Shown piece by piece: positions 61,089-64,000 of a stretch of 64,000 bases of DNA. The notes beneath the pieces are model-generated. The model had not been told where the DNA came from, did no database searches, and saw only the letters and a list, made by a program, of their open reading frames with translations. Every line of letters begins with the position of its first letter. Position 1 is the first letter of the stretch. This DNA comes from an uncultured Chloroflexia bacterium (GTDB lineage Bacteria > Chloroflexota > Anaerolineae > Anaerolineales > E44-bin32), in the NCBI GenBank assembly GCA_963727915.1, contig CAVSID010000001.1:665927-729926 (forward strand), in the 5' to 3' direction. The translations under genes and the position numbers were made by a program.

Positions 61089-62006
61089 TCAGGCCAATGG
61101 CGGCCCTTCCACAGGCGTCTTGAAATCGAAAACCCCGGCACCCACACCCCAGGCGCGCCCACATACAGAGCACCGCAGCCGGTCGTTCCCAGCCCGTAGA
61201 TCCAGGCTGCCGCATCCCGGGCAGCGCCATGCCAGGGAGTCGGCGACGCTGCCGCTTCCTTTCCGATCGGCCCGCACAAAGACGCTCGGACTCAGCGGCC
61301 AAAGTCCGCCGGGTCGCTGCACCGCCCCGTCCAGGCCAACCAACAGGTCCAGCGGCAGCAGCCGTTTGAGCAGCGCCTGGCGGAACTGGGACACCGCCAG
61401 CTGTGTTCGCACCTCAAATCCGGCCGCCACCAACCAGCCTCGCACCGCCGACGGGTGAAAGTCGAAGTTCAAAGCGGCGAACTCGACCGCCGCTCTTTCA
61501 AAGGGGTTCCACGCCTGCCTGCGCAGGGCCCACCGTAGGATCGCCTTCAGATTGCGCTTGTTGGCAAACTCAAGCACAAAGGGACCGCCAGGGGCCATCA
61601 CCTCGCCAACCTGTCGCAACGCAAGCTCCGGGTCCGCCATGTGATGCAGTGTCCTGATCATGGTCGCAGCATCAAAGGCCGACGGGGCGAAGGGAAGCCG
61701 GTACACATCCCCCACCACATACACCAAATCGGGACGGTCGCCCAGCCTTTCGCGGGCCCTGGCAATCTGCGTCGCCGAGTAGTCGAGCAGGACGATCTGC
61801 TCATATCCCATATAGCGAGGCGTGTTGCGCCCGGCGCCCGCCCCCACCTCCAGCAGACGCCTGCCCCCGCCCGGCAGCAGCCGGCGCAGCGCCCCGGCCT
61901 CGACCCGATCCTCATAGGCCCGATCGCCCGTCCCCCAGAATCGCTCCTGGTAATCGGACCCCTCGTAGTCGCAAACCGGGGGTGTCTCGCTCACGCCGAC
62001 TCCCAA
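61089..62006 (-). CDS. Class I SAM-dependent methyltransferase with C-terminal zinc ribbon
   Basis: LLEVGAGAGRNT motif I, VGDVYRLPF. C-terminal CPGC...CSVC. Likely start GTG 61994. Confidence 0.8.
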   Translation of the reverse strand: MGVGVSETPPVCDYEGSDYQERFWGTGDRAYEDRVEAGALRRLLPGGGRRLLEVGAGAGRNTPRYMGYEQIVLLDYSATQIARARERLGDRPDLVYVVGDVYRLPFAPSAFDAATMIRTLHHMADPELALRQVGEVMAPGGPFVLEFANKRNLKAILRWALRRQAWNPFERAAVEFAALNFDFHPSAVRGWLVAAGFEVRTQLAVSQFRQALLKRLLPLDLLVGLDGAVQRPGGLWPLSPSVFVRADRKGSGSVADSLAWRCPGCGSLDLRAGNDRLRCSVCGRAWGVGAGVFDFKTPVEGPPLA

Positions 62007-62033
62007 GCCTCCCTGGCCATCGCCTCGCAGCCC

Positions 62034-62084
62034 GTTTCACGTGAAACCCAGGCCCGGGCCCGCCCAAGATGTTTCACGTGAAAC
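62034..62084. promoter_or_regulatory. Two identical 14-bp perfect palindromes GTTTCACGTGAAAC, 37 bp apart
   Basis: 62034-62047 and 62071-62084, between the GntR stop and the methyltransferase start. Confidence 0.45.
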
Positions 62085-62118
62085 ACAAATGAGCCACTGT
62101 CTCCGGCGCCGGCAACCT

Positions 62119-62508
62119 TCACGGGGACGGCTCGCCGTACTGCATCCAGGCCCTCAACGCCCCGGAGAACTCCCACTGCACATCGTGCGGACTGTAGCCC
62201 GCCGCGTGGGCCGCGCGCAAGTACTCGCCTGTCAGCGCCTCGAGAGAGGCCGCCGCCCGCTCGACCCCGGCGGCCGGCCCCTCCACAAATGTGCCTTGTC
62301 CCTGGCGGGAGATGATCGCACCTTCCGCCTCGAGCAGACGGTACGCCCGCGCCACGGTGTTGAAATTCAGGCCCAGGGTCTGGCCCAGCTCCCGAACCGT
62401 CGGAAGGCGTTCGCCGGGGACGAAGACTCCGGCCCGAATCCGGGCACGCAGCTCGGATGCGATCTGCTGATAGAGGGGAAGGGCCTGATGAAGGTCGATT
62501 GAAATCAT
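62119..62508 (-). CDS. GntR-family transcriptional regulator, short YtrA-like form
   Basis: Intact 129 aa. PLYQQIASELRARIRAGVFVPGERLPTVRELGQTLGLNFNTVARAYRLLEAEGAIISRQGQGTFV. Confidence 0.85.
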   Translation of the reverse strand: MISIDLHQALPLYQQIASELRARIRAGVFVPGERLPTVRELGQTLGLNFNTVARAYRLLEAEGAIISRQGQGTFVEGPAAGVERAAASLEALTGEYLRAAHAAGYSPHDVQWEFSGALRAWMQYGEPSP

Positions 62509-62540
62509 GCCGCCGCCAGGAGAACGGGCTGGATTGTATC

Positions 62541-62569
62541 ATTGTATACCACCTTGCATTGAACGACAA
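62541..62569 (-). promoter_or_regulatory. Candidate promoter TTGTCG-17-TACAAT for the GntR gene, with tandem ATACAAT
   Basis: Minus strand reads GTTGTCGTTCAATGCAAGGTGGTATACAATGATACAATCC. Confidence 0.35.
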
Positions 62570-62584
62570 CTGGCGCCGCCCGCC

Positions 62585-63391
62585 TCACCACCACCCCAGT
62601 GCGTGGGTGCCGACTCCAAAGCCAAAGCGGAGCCCCAACCAGGCTGTCGTGACCGTTAGCAGGGCCAACAGGGCTACCCCATCTTGGGGGCGGAAGCGCA
62701 ATGGACGCCACTCGGACCTGGTCACACCGCTGGCACCCAGACCGCGGGCTTCCAGTGCCAGCGCCAGCTCCTGGCTGCTTCGTAACCCACTGATCACCAT
62801 CGCCACGAAAACAGGCATCAGCGCCCGCACCCGGCCAAGTCCCACTGCCGACTCAAACATCAGGCCGCGCGCCTGTTGCGCGTCGAGGATGCTTTGGAAT
62901 GCGCGCTGCAGGAGCGGAATGTAGCGCATCGCCAGCGCAAGCGTCAGGCCCCAACTGTAGGGCAGGCCCAGTCGGACCAGGCTTTGGATCATCGCCGATG
63001 GCCGTGTTGTGTGCAGCCAAAGGAAGACCAGCAACCCAACCGCCAACAGACGCAATCCGAGCGCCGCCCCGCCGGCCAGTCCGCCATCGGTCAGCTTCAG
63101 CCAACCCCAGGCCGCCAGCACCTGGCCCTGCGGTGCCAAGATCCCCCTCAGGACCGCCATAAACAGGCTGATGGGCAGCAACACGCGAAGCACCCCTGTG
63201 ACGCTGGAGCGGGGCAGCCCGGCCGATAGATGGGCGCCGATAAGGATCAACAGGCCGGCCAATTCGAGCGCTGCGTTCTGCACGGTCAGGAAGTAGACCA
63301 GGCCACACGCCACCATGGCCAGCTTGACCCGGGCGTCCGCCCTGTGAAGCCAGGAGTCGCGCGCCACATACCAATCCGGCGCAGCTGTCAT
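62585..63391 (-). CDS. Energy-coupling factor transporter transmembrane component (EcfT/CbiQ family)
   Basis: Start at MTAAPDWY (ATGA overlap with the upstream stop). RADARVKL, ALALEARG motifs. Confidence 0.8.
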   Translation of the reverse strand: MTAAPDWYVARDSWLHRADARVKLAMVACGLVYFLTVQNAALELAGLLILIGAHLSAGLPRSSVTGVLRVLLPISLFMAVLRGILAPQGQVLAAWGWLKLTDGGLAGGAALGLRLLAVGLLVFLWLHTTRPSAMIQSLVRLGLPYSWGLTLALAMRYIPLLQRAFQSILDAQQARGLMFESAVGLGRVRALMPVFVAMVISGLRSSQELALALEARGLGASGVTRSEWRPLRFRPQDGVALLALLTVTTAWLGLRFGFGVGTHALGWW

Positions 63392-64000
63392 CTGCCCGAC
63401 TCCCGCATGAGGCTGCGCTTGGCTCGGTAGGCAGCCCGGAAAGCCATCACATCCAGCGGCTGCTCGGCCCCTTCCATCCCCAGTTGACGGGCCAGCCGCC
63501 CCACGGGCGGCATCCCTAGGCCGGTCGCCGCCATCAGATCGGGTTGGGTCAGCACGGCCTGGGTCTCCCCCCGCGCCACAAGCCTCCCAGCCTGCAAAAT
63601 GGCACACTGCGGGATGTGATCGGCCACCAAGCGCACAGCGTGCGTGATCACGATCACCGTGCGTCCTGCGCGGGTGTAGTCGTCCAACCGCTCCATCAAC
63701 TCGGCGACGCTCCGCCGGTCCAGCCCGCTTGTCGGTTCATCCAGGATCAGGGCCTGCGGCCGCATGGCCATCACGGAGGCCAGCGCCACTTTGCGCCGCG
63801 TGCCGTGGCCAAGCATGGCTGGTGGGAGCTCCGCCTGGTCGGTAAGACCGAAGGCTTCCAGGCTCTCAACAACCCGGTCGGTAGACCTCGGCTTCCAACA
63901 ACCCCAGATTGCGCGGCCCAAAGGCAATCTCTTCTCGGGTCGTCCCGGCAAAGATCTGGTGATCTGGGTTCTGGAATACGTACCCGATGCTTTGAGCCAA
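63388..64000 (-). CDS. ECF/ABC transporter ATP-binding protein (partial, N-terminus beyond the window; apparent frameshift near 63900)
   Basis: LILDEPTSGLD Walker B, VIVITH switch, signature-region remnant LGHGTRRKVALASVMA. Confidence 0.8.
   Translation of the reverse strand, partial: WLKASGTYSRTQITRSLPGRPEKRLPLGRAIWGCWKPRSTDRVVESLEAFGLTDQAELPPAMLGHGTRRKVALASVMAMRPQALILDEPTSGLDRRSVAELMERLDDYTRAGRTVIVITHAVRLVADHIPQCAILQAGRLVARGETQAVLTQPDLMAATGLGMPPVGRLARQLGMEGAEQPLDVMAFRAAYRAKRSLMRESGR

Overview
High-GC (roughly 64-65% by eye) bacterial chromosomal window with about 60 protein genes. Protein sequences and gene content look Chloroflexota-like, which I cannot verify here. I saw no rRNA, tRNA, CRISPR array, transposase or integrase.

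Gene content:
- Housekeeping: ilvE (partial), dnaK, hpt, infC-rpmI-rplT, pcrA/uvrD, galE, icd, an nth-like gene, dnaN, pcm, plsC.
- Phosphate block on the minus strand: OmpR-type response regulator, histidine kinase, pstS-pstC-pstA-pstB-phoU.
- Also a Ca/Mg-type P-type ATPase, an MFS transporter, an ECF transporter tail with a YtrA-like GntR regulator, and many lipoproteins and membrane proteins.

Quality caveat: about one apparent frameshift per kb, including in essential genes (dnaK is split over 4-5 frames). Many spans below were stitched by eye from ORF-track fragments, and the indels are most likely assembly errors.

Main candidate for something new: a three-gene operon at 33.9-37.4 kb.
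- It encodes a RecA-like protein with a degenerate P-loop that ends in a beta-clamp-type QPRLF motif, a 104-aa helical protein, and a family-B DNA polymerase with a Pol-epsilon-like but altered motif C.
- An SOS-box-like palindrome precedes it. The layout resembles the imuA-imuB-dnaE2 mutagenesis cassette, but built around a PolB.

Other signals:
- A TGTGA-N6-TCACA palindrome family recurs at least 7 times.
- A perfect Cheo/LexA-type box sits inside a perfect sigma-70 consensus promoter.
- A free-standing ~270-nt transcript unit has its own promoter, upstream direct repeats and terminator.
- Phased Pho-box-like hexamers lie upstream of pstS.
- Several promoters are placed for leaderless mRNAs.
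- One divergent promoter pair is mirror-symmetric.
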